The notes under the pieces: generated by a model
The model's input: only the letters and a program-made list of their open reading frames with translations
Told to the model about the DNA's origin: nothing
Databases searched by the model: none
Assembly: GCF_006345805.1 (NCBI RefSeq)
Contig: NC_043005.1
Span: 88,846,001 to 88,910,000, forward strand
Direction of reading: 5' to 3'
Length of the DNA stretch: 64,000 nt
DNA from: Octopus sinensis
Lineage: Eukaryota
In this document: positions 1-13,106 of the stretch, one piece after another
Layout of the letters: every line of letters begins with the position of its first letter
Numbering within the stretch: the stretch's first letter is position 1
Translations under genes and position numbers: made by a program

Positions 1-201
1 GGCAAGATTAACTCTAACGTATTGCAGTCGGACTATGGCTTAGCTGGCCGAAACGTCGAAGTCACTGTCTACAACATTCTTGCTTTAGAATAATAAATAT
101 TCATTTATATATTATTAACATATATACACACACACGCGCGCGTGTGTAGAGTTATCATTATTTCTAATTCTCTCTAAAGGAGAGTACGGCAGCGGTACTG
201 G

Positions 202-446
202 ATATAAATTGTTATCGCCAAGCTAACATGGCAGTCCCCTTGCTGGTCAGATAAGAGGCAAAGACCTCAAAACTAGTCTGTGGATGCCAGCCCAGCAAGG
301 GGAAGCTGCTGACCTCCCTTGTTCGAAGGTTATAATGGACACAGGTTTGTGTGTCACATAGCTAGCTAGAGGCGAAGGCCTCTTGGAACTAATCAATGGC
401 AGCATTTGTCCTATTTATCTGGACTGCCATGTTAGCTTGGCGATAA

Positions 447-456
<10 letters not shown>
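202..456. mobile_element. MITE-like element
   Basis: Perfect 27-bp inverted repeats gttatcgccaagctaacatggcagtcc at 211-237 and 421-447, extendable with one mismatch; abuts (TA)n. Confidence 0.65.
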
Positions 457-502
<46 letters not shown>

Positions 503-596
503 GACAAAGAACAATTTTTGCCTCTTTTTATGGAGACAAAAGGCTTTTTAAGACTGCAAAAGTGTGCTCAAATGAAATTGAGACAGATTAGAAATA

Positions 597-1143
597 AAAA
601 AAACATTGATTAGAGAACAGACATCAAATTCGAGTCGACGACTTGATATAACACCATACTTCCATACATTTGATCGTATATAAATATAACCATAACCTTC
701 AACATATAAAGAATACATATATAAAAAAAAAACACAAAAGGTAAAATATATATATAAGCATATAAAAATACAGATAACTGCCTATCACAAAGTTACACAA
801 TTGAATAAAAATTCTAAAGTGTGTCAAGCAACAAAAAATCTAAATAAAATATGAATAAACTAAATTTTTTATTATTCCCCTGAATTAAAAATATGTCAAA
901 AAAGTTCATTTCATTAAAACCATTGGTAGGCTGGAGTTAAAGTTTTTTAGTCAATTGATATTTTTATTTAGGTTTTTAGTTGCATGACATGCTTTAGAAT
1001 TTTTAGTCAATTGTATAAACCTTCTTGATAGGCCGTTCTATATATTCGTATTTTTATTTGCACATATATTTTTTACCTTCTGTGTTTTTTTATATATGTA
1101 TTCCTTTTAAATCCATGTTTGTTCTCTAACCAATGTTTTTCTC
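597..1143. repeat. Diverged AT-rich inverted repeat
   Basis: About 597-865 aligns to the reverse complement of about 944-1143 (aaacattg.ttagagaaca, gcctatca, aaattctaaag, ctaaataaaa). Confidence 0.6.
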
Positions 1144-1268
1144 TATATATACATATATATATAATACATACCAGAGTAAGCACATAAATGCGAAACAAGG
1201 TGGAAAAAATAGTGCTCGAATACCAGAGGTAGAGTAATATGCTTTATTAAAAAGCAGCAAAAATATCA

Positions 1269-1317
1269 CAAAAACTGTTACTCAGAGTTTCACGTTCCCA
1301 TTTGTCAGACAGTTTTG
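1269..1317 (-). ncRNA. Minimal type I hammerhead ribozyme motif (core mutated), PLE-type terminal repeat
   Basis: aaaactgt-CTGACAA-atg ggaa cgt-GAAA-ctc t gagTA-acagtttt; one substitution from CUGANGA. Confidence 0.7.
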
Positions 1318-1727
1318 TTTAGAGTGGAACAAAAATAATGTTATAAGCAAACATACAATTAGCTTGATAGATACACATTTAAAAATGGTTTTGTTTCATT
1401 GGTCTTTTCAACTAACGGTTTTTCCAATGACCGGTTACATGCAATGAACAAAATTCAGTATAAAATCATCTTATTATAAAATCGAAGAAAACCTTACATC
1501 AAAAATAGCTTATAAAGAAGGAAAGAGTCTAAATACCCAGGGTCAATAATTATTTGCAAAATATTAATCAATACATTAAAAGTCATATCTGTTAAAAAAA
1601 TTTTTCTTGTTGGGTTACATATACATTTAGCAGTATATGCACATACCAAACCATCTATAATATACATATATACACTAAAACATACACATGTACATAGCTA
1701 CTTACATATACAAGCATATATAGGCAA

Positions 1728-1759
<32 letters not shown>

Positions 1760-1913
1760 CTAAGCAATAAAGGGTTTGGCAACGAATTGCCTTACCACAT
1801 ACCGAATTTAGAAATAGCAGTCAAAGAGTTATAGCTATTTCTTATGCCGAAGACTACTTGGTGTAATTGATAATTATTCCAAATTAATTAATTTCACCCT
1901 TCATTATTACGGA

Positions 1914-1962
<49 letters not shown>

Positions 1963-2014
1963 TCAAAATAAGCAACAAGAATGACTCCGGAGTCATTGTT
2001 GTTGCTTATTTTGA
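1963..2014. repeat. 52-bp palindrome, one mismatch, no spacer
   Basis: tcaaaataagcaacaagaatgactcc|ggagtcattgttgttgcttattttga, directly after (TA)n. Confidence 0.9.
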
Positions 2015-2172
2015 TTATAATCACCCCACGAATTTTTATGGATAACACCATACAGAATTCTGGTGCATCTTAATTAAGTACCATATTCATTTGAATCTAA
2101 ATTTTTGCTGAACTTATATATATATATATATATATATACATGTTTACAAATGCACACCCACGCACACATTTG

Positions 2173-3068
2173 CTAGCCGAGATGCCCGGCATTGCTAGGG
2201 ATTAAAATGGAAATAGCTTGTATATAACATATTACAGTTATGTTGAAACAGGTGATATGGGAGAATGCAGCATTAACAACAAAACATTTGTGGAGTAAAT
2301 GCCGGGCTAATCCGACTCAGTAACATGCTATGCGACCGTTTGGAGTATTTCAGACCCTAACCTGTTATGGAAAACTGGAGATGGGGGTTATGTGATTTTT
2401 GAACGCACCGAAATTTGCAGCAGTCAGCACTGTGTCTAGCATCACCCATCATCTGAAATTTTAACACCTTCTTCAGGTTTGTTGCCCTACATCACTCATA
2501 AAGTCAATTTGGAGGAACTGTGGTTGTTCATTTGTGGGTAAGATGGAACCAATGAGGTGATAGATCTGCCCTTGAACTTTGACGTCGGTGTAAATTCATG
2601 TTTATCTATCTTCTTAGATGTACCAAACGATGTCATTTGAAATACAGAGTTGTATTGTCTGATATTGTTCAGAAAATCCTTTCACTGGAGTGAAGTGCCT
2701 TCAAGAAGATTCATAAGAGTAGTGCTGGCAATGTTACCTGACCGCCTGAGCAACACATACCATTTGTTCCATTTGAAAATTTTAAAGCTCTACATAAACG
2801 ACAATTTGTGCTCAGCACACCAATTTGGACAGAGTTATCATTTTTATAAGAATGGGATGGATCTTGAGAAAATCTCATCTCTCTTCAAACACAATCCTCC
2901 TTGCTTTATACTTGTTTCTGGAGAGATTACATCTTTTCTGTGTTTCTCCCGCTCATTCCATAAAAATTTATTTGAAGAGAGCAGAAATTGAAAGAAGAGA
3001 AAGCGAAAAGGACAGAGAAAGAAAATAAAAGATGTATGTACGTCTATATGAAATGGACAGGTGTGTGC

Positions 3069-3147
<79 letters not shown>

Positions 3148-3398
3148 TGACAAAGAAAGATAGAGTGAGTGAGTGAAGGTGTGTGTCGTGATGATTGATG
3201 TCTTTTAAGGTACACCCACATATACAGAATGTGACGTCATCGTATAACATGTTTATGAAAGTTGATTTATGGAAAAGATTATAATGTTAAATTTTTGAAA
3301 TGCAAATATGTGAATGGAAATTAAGTTTAATTTGAGCTTTAAAATTATCTCGCATTACAATAGAGACATAATATCGAAATAATGTAAGATATAAGAGA
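2173..3398 (-). mobile_element. Non-autonomous Helitron
   Basis: Minus strand starts TCtcttatatc and ends with a GC-rich hairpin (ccctagcaatgccggg) plus CTAG; termini resemble the other Helitrons here. Confidence 0.65.
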
Positions 3399-4084
3399 TT
3401 GTTATGGGTTTGCATTAGGCAAGAAGTTGGAAATTCTTTTGGCCCATGACACTGCATTGACCTTCGCTTTTGTATTTGACGACTAAGTATTTTATTTCGA
3501 TTTTATGTATATGTGTATGTATGAGTCAATGAGGGAGACCTCTACATGGTAGCTAGACCTGGTAGAAATAGCAGCCAAATCTCCCTCAAAACACCCTACT
3601 GTCTTAATCCGACAATTCTGACTATTATGTAGTTTGAATGAGAAACTGTAACTAAAGATTAAGATTATTAACCCCAAAAGGTTATGCGTTTTAATAGCAA
3701 TCAATTTTTTCTCTTTTTTGCGTAGTTTTTCCTGTCGGCTGTGAAAGGTGAAAAGGGTTAAGTTGGACGGTGTTAAGTAGTGGAGATGTTGGGTGATTGT
3801 ATGTGGTGGTTACTTTTGATTGTTTCATCTCAATTACGATAATTGATTGTTAACGAATCTTAACAGTGTGTATATACAACTTCAAGTAGAATCGGACATC
3901 AAAAGAAAGACAGAGAGAGGAAAGAAGAGAGACACCATAGCGACGGTTTTGGCTAACTGTCATCCTGTACTACCCTTTTTAGTAGCGAAATGGTATGTGC
4001 TGGCTGTCTGAGTAAACTCCTTGCTTTTAATGGCGGAAAATATAAGACAAAAAGATTACAAAAATAGAAATTTTCACTTTGAAA

Positions 4085-4776
4085 CTAACACCCTCCCACA
4101 CCCTCAGGGTTGGCACTGTCAACGTTGGCACACTGAAATGGTCTGGTGAGATTGTTGAGATGCTTGAATGGAGATTTGTCGATATGTGCTGCATCGAAGA
4201 AGTAAGATGGAGGGGAGGTTCCGCTAGGTTCCCTACAGGCAAAGAACACACGTACAAGATTGTCTGGGCAGGGAACACTGATGGGGTCGGGGGCGTGGGT
4301 ATACTTCTTGCGGAGAAATGGGTGGATAAGGTGATTGAGGTAGTCAGAGTATGCGACAGAATACTTAAGATTAGATTAGTGCTTCATCATGGGTTAGCAA
4401 CCATTATCTCAGCCTATGCCCCTCAGCCGGGGCTACCGGATGGGCAGAAATACCGATTCTATGACACCCTACTGCAGATTACCACGTTGACGAATGACAG
4501 GGACCTTCTCTTTGTGGCTGGTGATTTCAATGGACATGTTGGACAACACGCAGGAGGCTTCCATAGCGTACATGGAAGCTATGGTTTTGGGTCCCGCAAT
4601 GAGGAGGGAAACAGACTGCTGGAGTTCTGCGATGCAAATGATCTCATGGTTTGCAATACCAACTTCAGGAAACCTGCCAAGTGGATGCCCAGAAGATGAC
4701 CAGCATGGAGGAGAAGGGTCTGGAAGCTTAAACATCCTGCGAATGGACAGGGATTTAGAGACATATTACTTGAAGC
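4085..4776 (+). mobile_element. RTE-clade LINE fragment (APE endonuclease)
   Basis: ORF 4079-4699: [35 protein letters not shown]; near-identical to 16110-16950. Confidence 0.92.
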
Positions 4777-5580
4777 GTAATAATACATATACATACCTAC
4801 AATACACACACATAAATATATAGAGACATATCTACATCATAATGTATATATGCAAACAATTTTTTAAAAATAGTGTTCGGTGTGCATAATTTTGTAAAAT
4901 AATGAAATTGTACATTAATTTGGTGTAACATAATTAAATACGTGAGTAAAACTAAAACTAAAACTAAAACTAAAACTAAAAATAAACCTCGGCAAAGCTT
5001 AAGCTTAAAATAAAAAATTTAAATATTTGAATTTTAAATTTTAGAGTCTGAGAGTAAAGGGTGGCTATGAGAGAAATCCAGGTGAGCTGATATGGAGACA
5101 GGGATGCAGGCAAACACACCCAAGCAGCTTTACCTGTATCACTAGCTCTCTGTCTCTGTGTGTGTGTGTGCATATGAATGTATATATATACACTTGTGTG
5201 TCCATATTTGTGTATATATTTAAACTATTCGTCCCAGATCCGACCTGCGATAGAAGCACCTGCCAGGGTCCCAGGTATGGTTTAATTAGCATGTAAATCA
5301 CTGGGAATGAAGGACCCCTATTTCTTGTCAGAACATCCTCTTAGGCAAAGGTAAACTTGTATAAAAAAGCATTGAAGTGCAGTTGGCTTCTGGTCATCTC
5401 AGCCTCTGTTGTGCCTCTGGTTTTATGGCAGTTTGCTCAGAAAAGTGGTTCTTCTCGAAACAAATCTATGCACAGGAACTTCTTGGACTCTCAGAACGTT
5501 TGCAAGGAAGATTTGAATTTATGAAGTGGTCATGCTCGGTCATGAGTTAACATTCACCACCATATATACATATACAAGTA

Positions 5581-5615
<35 letters not shown>

Positions 5616-5688
5616 AAATATGCAAAAATGCAAAATGTAGTGCAAGCACTAAACACACTAGCGTGCAGATACGACACACAGAACTTAC

Positions 5689-5792
5689 CTGTCTGATAAA
5701 ATTCCACAGCTGACCATGGCACAAAGGTAGCCGATGAAGTAAAACGTAAAGGTGTGCCTTGCCAGAATCGCATCATCGCAAACGAGATTTAG
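5689..5792 (-). CDS. Internal exon (104 bp) of an SLC22/organic cation transporter family gene (gene B)
   Basis: Acceptor tttctcattgcag| and donor ag|gtaagt; reads LNLVCDDAILARHTFTFYFIGYLCAMVSCGILSD(R), matching the SLC22 xxLVCD...GxLSDR(FGR) exon. Confidence 0.9.
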
Positions 5793-6188
5793 CTGCAATG
5801 AGAAATAGGAAAACTATTTAATGTATACATTTTATCATTTTGATAATAATAATTTTGTTTTGGAAATGTAGAAACAGTGTTTCTTGGAGACCCCTTTCAT
5901 AGTCAGTGTGTATTCAAAGGACTTTGTTGTAGGAACAACGGTCATGTGACACTCCCAGAATCGATTGTATAATATGGAAGGAGCCACTATCAAAGGGACC
6001 ACTGTTCATTGGCTCTGGAACAGTGCGAGTACAGCCACTAAAATTTGGTGGTGCAGGGGCAATGAAAAGGCGTTAAACGATCTCCTAAAAAGCTTCATCA
6101 CCAAAACGAATGAGCATAAAATCATTTTTGGGTTGATTTGAAAAATTATCTTTCATGATTGAATGTATCCGATTTGGTTGATGTACAA

Positions 6189-6275
<87 letters not shown>

Positions 6276-6666
6276 TTATTATAACTGAGTTTGTTTCAAT
6301 ATTAAGATTGAAAAAAGATTGAATTCATTTTATAAAATATTTTGGACCTGGGTTTGCACCCCTAAGCAAATTTCATTCCTGCACTTATGTCACTGTTGGT
6401 TGTTAATCCAGAATCTTTTGTGTGGAGGGACTTTGTTGTAAAGATTGTTTTCAAGAATTAGCCTCAGAATCTATTCTGACCCAGGAGTTATATGGGAAAT
6501 ATTATCAATAACCATTGCCAGAACACTTCACGCTATGGCGACAATGTCTTGGAACCACAATCAATATCCTGTCCCAATATACATTGCATCATAGAGATGT
6601 ACTTTTGTAGAAAACTATCAATAAAACTCCAGAACGTATTCCATTTTCTTCACTCTTTCACCCTCC

Positions 6667-6840
6667 ATATACTCAGATATCTCCCTGGATAAGATGGTGT
6701 CTATGCCCATATATCTCCCTGGATAAGATGGTGTCTATGCCCAGATATCACCCTAGATAAGATGGTGTCCATACCCATATATCACCCTGGATAAGATGGT
6801 GTTTATACCCAGATATCATCGTGGATAAGATGGTGTCTAT
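6667..6840. repeat. 34-bp minisatellite, about 5 copies
   Basis: Unit atatctccctggataagatggtgtctatgcccag. Confidence 0.9.
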
Positions 6841-7866
6841 CTTTGTCCTCGACCTTGTCAACCTTGGGTCTTGTAGGAATTATCCTAAACCCATTCTGCC
6901 AGTTGCCATGGTTCTCATCAACTCCTTTGGTATTAGGCATAACCCTGCAACCTTCCATTTCCACTTTGATGCCAGTTGATGACACCTTCAGGTCCCAACT
7001 GTCCCTTATTCTATGATTTCTCTTGTTCAGGCCTGAATTGTTGACCTTGGTAATTGATGGGATTTTAAAGGATGGCAGAGCGTTCAGTGCTGTGTAAAAG
7101 AGTTATGATTGTTAATTAGTAGTAAAGTGACTGGTGGTTCCAGACAGTAAGAAATAGAATTTTTCAACCATCTTCCCTTTCTCTAGCATCATGGAACTTG
7201 ATTTGGTGGGTTGTAAGTCTTTCTTGGTAAGGTATGTCTTGCAATATTCACCAACTGTTTGGGACTAATGTCACCAATGTCAGCTATAAATACTCTTACT
7301 GGGGGCTGTCCAACCCCTGACTTAGACGAGGATCTCCCTTATTTCGCCTTCGTCCACTTGGTAACTATATTTATGGCAAGGGCTAACAGGAGAAGAACTG
7401 ATGCTTGTCTGATGATTTAACTCCGAAGCGATCAACAGTCAGAAATTCCTGAAGAAATCAAAGATCGGGTGGACACATAGTGATGGTGCAGTGTACATTC
7501 TGTTTTGCTTTTACACATGCATGCAAACACATGCGCACATATGAATAGGATCTTACGACTGAATTGAAAATAGAATTTAGGGGCAATGTATATAACAAAG
7601 ATCTTGGTAGAACATAACAACCCTAGCTAATTTATATACATTGATATCCCAGCCTAATTGTTTAAGCTATCCTCATTGGATACTTAACATATACACACAA
7701 ATACTACATTCATAGTTCCCGACATTTGCGTTTCTATGTGTACATGTGGCAGTAATACTGCATTGGTGTGTACATCTAATATTAAGCTTCTCATGATGGT
7801 TGTATACATGTACAATAATTGAATGCTGTGACCATGAAAAATCTTTCTTGCATGGTTCTGTAGGTG

Positions 7867-8020
7867 CAGGCATGGCTGTGTGGTAAGAAGTTTGCTTCCC
7901 AAGCACATAGTTCTGGGTTCAGTTCCATTGCATGGCCCCTTGTGTAAGTGTCATCTATTGCTTCAGGTCAACAAGTCTTGTGAGTGGATTCGGCTGACGG
8001 ACACTGAAAGACACTTGTCA
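7867..8020 (+). mobile_element. Degenerate tRNA-SINE (same family at 21637-21780 and, on minus, 59145-59295)
   Basis: tggctgtgtggtaagaagtttgcttcccaa...ctgggttcagt head. Confidence 0.65.
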
Positions 8021-8091
8021 TATATATGTGTGTATATATGTGTGTGTGTGTGCATGTATGTGTGTGTGTATGTGTGTGTGTGTATGTCTGT

Positions 8092-8460
8092 GAGGCGCAA
8101 TGGCTCAGTAGTTAGGGCAGTAGACTCGCGGTCATAGGATTGCAGTTTCAATTCCCAGACCGGGTGTTGTGAGTGTTTATTAAGCAAAAACACCTAAAGC
8201 TCCATGAGGCTCCAGCAGGGGGTGGTGGCAAACCCTGTTGTACTCTTTCGCCACAACTTTCTCTCACTCTTTCTTCCTGTTTCTGTTGTACCTATATTTC
8301 AAAGGGCCAGCCTTGTCACACTTTGTGTCATGCTGAGTCTACCCAAGAACTACGTTAAGGGTACTCATGTCTGTGGATTGCTCAGCCACTTGCACGTTAA
8401 TTTCATGAACAGGCTGTTCTGTTGATCCGTTCAACTGGAACCCTTGTCATAACCAACAAA
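8092..8460 (+). mobile_element. tRNA-derived SINE (head 1 + tail A)
   Basis: A-box tggctcagtagtt, B-box gtttcaattcc; head and body shared with 53612 and 61461. Confidence 0.85.
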
Positions 8461-9425
8461 GTTCCAGACAAAGCCATTAGAGCAAAGGAACAGGCCTGGA
8501 AAGCCTGGAGGGATGGGGGTAGCAGGAACTGTACCAGGTAGCCAAAAGGGAGGCTGGGCGGCAGGTATGCATAGCCAAGGGTGAAGCAGAAAAGAAGTTT
8601 GCCAATGTCCGGCGATGTGAGGACCAAAGAACTGAGGTATTTCGGATTGCTAGACAGTGTGTGAGAGAAAATTGTAATGTCACAGGAGAGAAATGCGTCC
8701 GCATGGATGATGGTGCACTTGCTTTCAATGTTTCTGAAAAGAAAGAGACTTGGAGAAGCCATTATGAGAGACTGCTGAATGTGGAGAATGAATGGGAGGA
8801 GGGACCATTAGAGGGACCAGCTATCCCAATAGACAGCTCCCTAGTAGATAAAGCAATTAAGGGTATGAAGCCAGGAAAAGCCCCCGGCCCATCTGGAATC
8901 ACTGATGAAATGCTTAAAACATCTGGTGGTGTGGGCTGTGGGCTATGGCCTAGTCACCTGCATTGTAAACCAGGTAGTTCATAATGAAGTTATACCCAAT
9001 GACTGGCGTAGCAGCACCATAGTCAAGTGCTACAAGGGTAAAGGTGAAGGTCACGGAGAGGGTCAGAGCCCATCACATTAGGGAGAGAGTCTGCTTAGTT
9101 GAGATGCAGTTTGGTTTTGTTCTGGGTAGAAGCACCACTGATGCCATATTCCTGCTTCGACAACTGCAGGAAAAATACCTAGCTAAAGATAAACCCCTCT
9201 ACATAGATTTCGTGGACTTGGAGAAAGCCTTTGACAGGGTCCCCCGGTCCCTTATCTGGTGGGCGATGCGGAAACTGGAGATTGACGAATGGTTAATAAG
9301 GGCTGTACAGAGCCTATACAGAGAAGCCGTCAGCAAGGTTAAGATTGGCAACGAGTATAGTGAAAAATTCCGGGTAGAAGCAAGGGTCCACCAAGGTTCT
9401 GCGCTCAGTCCCATTTTATTCATCA

Positions 9426-12417
9426 CTAGCAGAATTGCCCGGCGATGCTCGGGGCTGAGTTGCTTGAAAGTACTGTTAATGATTGCACTGAATTATGATG
9501 ATTATTAAGGCAAATATTGATATAAGTTTACGGCGAATGAATATATTTGTAAGTGTATAGAAAGCCGTGTAAAAGGGTTCCTACCCACTCGTAGAATGGT
9601 GTAAGAATTGAATGCGAGGTTGCCTTGAAAAGAGCCATGTTATTGTTCTCATAATTGTAAGAATTTGATAGTCGTGGAAGGCGGTGTAAAACGTTCGCAG
9701 GTGAATAGGGTCTCTTCGTTTTCCACGAACGGCAGCGCATGTGCTGTTACAAAACTTCATGATGTGTCAAAAGAGAATGGATGCCCTATGTAGGCAAGAG
9801 GGGAATGAAGCATGGGTAAGTAAATATGGGTAATTTATAAAATATAGAACAATAGCATCTACTCACCATATGTCAGACAGGCAAGACTGTAGTGGTGCTG
9901 AATAGATGAATCACAACACAGTGGTAGAGATGTTTTCATTGATGGGCGTTATGATTAAATTTGTTGTTGTATAAAATGATCTGTTGCTTAGTTTCCAAAG
10001 TGTATGTTGCGATCGTGTTGTCGCTTATGTAAACTTTAACAGTGAGAGTGTAGATGTAGGGGTAGATGTGTCATGTAAGTTGGATATAGAAGATGAGGCT
10101 GGTGGTTTGATGATGAATGGATAGAAATAGAGGTGAGCGAAGGACAGGTGTTTGTTAAGTGTGAATTAATGTCATGAAACGCCTAAAAATGTAAATGCCA
10201 TCATAAAAGAGGGTCGTATGTAAGTGAAATACTAACGTGTTCGAAAATGATGAAATGTAGTAATCCTATAAAACCTCCTTGTACACAATGTTTTTTTGTT
10301 TTTCGTTGAGGAACGAATGCGAAAGCATCACTGTTGCTGCCGACACGCGAGCAGGCAACATAAAGCTTACCCTGAGAGAAACATGGCTCTCCCAAATGTA
10401 TTCCCGCCACAGACAGTGTTTGACTCTGCGCTTTGTTAATTGACATTGCGAAACATGGCTTTACTGGGAACTGGGACCTCCGAAATATGAAAGGTAGGTC
10501 TACTCCTGATGGGAAAAGATGCATCCTAGGTATGAGCACAACGTTGCCTCGACCGCACCCTGTGATAATGGTGGTTTCAATCGGATTGGGAGATAAGGAC
10601 TTAACGATCAAACGTGTGCCATTGCATTGTTTTGGGGGAACCAAATTTCTAATGAGCATTATAGGGGCACCAACTTTAAGTTTGAGAATGTATGGTGGTA
10701 GTCCGGGGAGGGGGCTCAAAGGAATTGAGTACCTCTATTGGATAGTTGATGACGTCCTCTGGGTCAAGAGTTGTATCGATAGACTTATATACATAGACAT
10801 TCCCAGGAATGAGTTTTAGCATTTCATCATTAATATGGTGAACAGTTTTATTCCTCGGGGCCAGAATAGCCCTTTGGCCAATCCAATCCATATTCTGGTA
10901 ATTAGCTTGTAGATCTGGGAACACTGCATCTCTGAGATCAGAAGGCGTTTTAACAATGGTACAAATGGAATCGATGGCAATATTACCATTTTCATCCCCT
11001 GGTATTTTGCCTTCGCCAAGTGCAAGGAGGGTGTGAGAAAATGCTGCAGATGTGATATCACGTTGCATATGAGCACGCATATTGGTGTGAAGTTTGAGAG
11101 TCTTCACCAGTGGCCACAATGTGGATGACTTAAGACACGCACTTACTGCATCAGCTCTAGTCCCTTTGGGAATAACGGGAAGTGCTTATCGGAAGTCCCC
11201 TGAAAGAAGAAGTGTTATACCTCCCATGGGAGCTGAAGAGTGTTTGATGTCTCTGAGAGATCTATCTAGTGCCTCAAGAGCACCTCTGTGGCCATCGTGC
11301 ATTCATCCCAAACGATAAGCTTGCATCGTCTGAAGACTTCTGCCTGATCGGATCTGTTACTGATGTTGCAAGTTGGTGTCTCAGTCTTCGCTAAGTCAAG
11401 CGGGAGCTTGAAAGTGGAGTGAGCTGTTCTGCCGCCTGGCAACAAAGTAGCCGCAATTCCAGATGATGCCACAGCTGGGGCAATGCCTTGTGTTCGCCTA
11501 ATCTCTGCCAGTATCAATTTGTTGACAAAAGTTTTCCCAGTGCCCCCAGGAATGTCCAGGAAAAAATCCCCCCAGCTTTGGCCCGGACTGAATTAACAAC
11601 GGAGTTGTAAGCGAACTTCTGTTCTGGAAGGAGCTTTGGCTATTTGTCGGCTATGTACTCGGCAAGCTCGTCAACATTAAAACATGTCTCACGCAGCAAA
11701 TGTGAAGACAGAGTGTTTGTGCCTTCCCGGTTTGTTGAAGGTAGGCCATAGACCGGCAAGGCAAAACCGCCCATATCAAGTACAGTATCTTCGAACGTAG
11801 TTTGTTACCACACAGCCACACCTGTCCCTATGTATGTGTGTGTGTGTGCGTATGTGTGTATGGGTAGATATATTATGTATGTATATATGTGTATATATAT
11901 ATGTGTGTACATATTACATGTACATCTATATATATACATCTACACATAAAATACAAAGTTATATCTTGATATCGCTAGTGATAACAATACTCAAAATATA
12001 TAACAGACTGGAATTGTAGGCCCGTCTCTTGCAATTTCGATCAATTGGATCTTGTCCTCCCTCTTGTATAGAAGTGTACGGCTGCAGCGAAATCCATTTT
12101 TGGACTTTCTTCTATCGAAGGCATTTTAACAAAAAATGCTTCCGTAAAGACGGTGAACATATTGTCAATTTCCCCAAACAGGGACACAATTCAATTTTTA
12201 AACAATAACCAAAGCCCCTTCTCCGAAAGGGAGAGGGTTACGGTTTACAATTATTTAACAAATGCAACACAACAACGTTTCTCTGACGAGGAACCAACAA
12301 ACGTGATTACAATAGTCAAACAGTAATAATAATAACAAACCTTTTTAATTTATCCCCATTTATGTGAAACCACTTATTCAAGTTCAAGTCATTGATGCAA
12401 TTTTATACGAATTGCTA

Positions 12418-12462
<45 letters not shown>

Positions 12463-12893
12463 ATAAGGGTTAAAAATTGAATATTAATTTGATTAATATG
12501 AATTGAAAACCAGTGGTGTAGCATATAAGACCATAGCGGATCTTCCTCTAGCAAAAAGGATGACCAGTATTAATGGCTCATCCCTGTTATATAATACTTT
12601 CACTTTAATAGTTTCACACTTGCAAAGAAAAAGTAGGAGAATGTGTGGTGGTAATAGCAGGAGTAAACCACTTGAAATGAGAGAGGCAAATCGTAAAATA
12701 TTGAGTTTTCTCGAATTTTTGCTTAATTGGGGTCAAATTGAAAAAAAACTTTACATGCCATGACCCAATCGAATCTACTTGGAAAAAAATCATAGGTAAA
12801 TTCCAATTGAAGAAATTCTATAGTGTAGAATTGTATTAAAAAGAAACATGGGAACAGGCAGAGAAAATCTGCCTTTTATGATAAGATAAGAGA
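9426..12893 (-). mobile_element. Helitron carrying a disrupted PIF1-like helicase (about 10260-11800)
   Basis: 5' TC at 12893, 3' hairpin plus CTAG at 9426, inserted between A and T; motifs GGRTAHSTFKLP, IVWDECTM, RAILAP, GLPP..L.LKVG, QFPVKPCFAMSINKAQ, YVACSRV. Confidence 0.92.
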
Positions 12894-13106
12894 TAGTCCT
12901 CCAGGCAATAACAGAGGAATTCAAAACGGGTTGCTTCTGGGAGCTCCTCTATGCTCAGAGTGAAAGGTAGAGTATACGACGCATGTGTGCGAACTGCCAT
13001 GCTTCACAGTAGTGATACATGGGCTGTGACTGCAGAGGACATGCATAGGCTTGAAAGAAATGAAGCTAGCATGATCTGCTGGATGTGTAATGTCAGTGTG
13101 TACATA

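Noticed and set aside
25-70. Hammerhead-like ggccGAAACGTC, also ggccGAAACcag near 21500 and CTGAAGA near 56684
   Set aside because: Only half of the core is present in each; cannot be folded convincingly
6841-7070. Possible remnant of a Tx1-type ORF1 on the minus strand (IKVEMEG)
   Set aside because: The match is too short and no CCHC knuckle is readable
8092-8165. tRNA genes here and at 33080, 53364, 53612 and 61461
   Set aside because: A/B boxes run straight into repeat bodies without a clean cloverleaf; they are SINE heads
10201-11517. Host PIF1 helicase gene (also 36298-37792)
   Set aside because: Intronless, frameshifted and enclosed by Helitron termini
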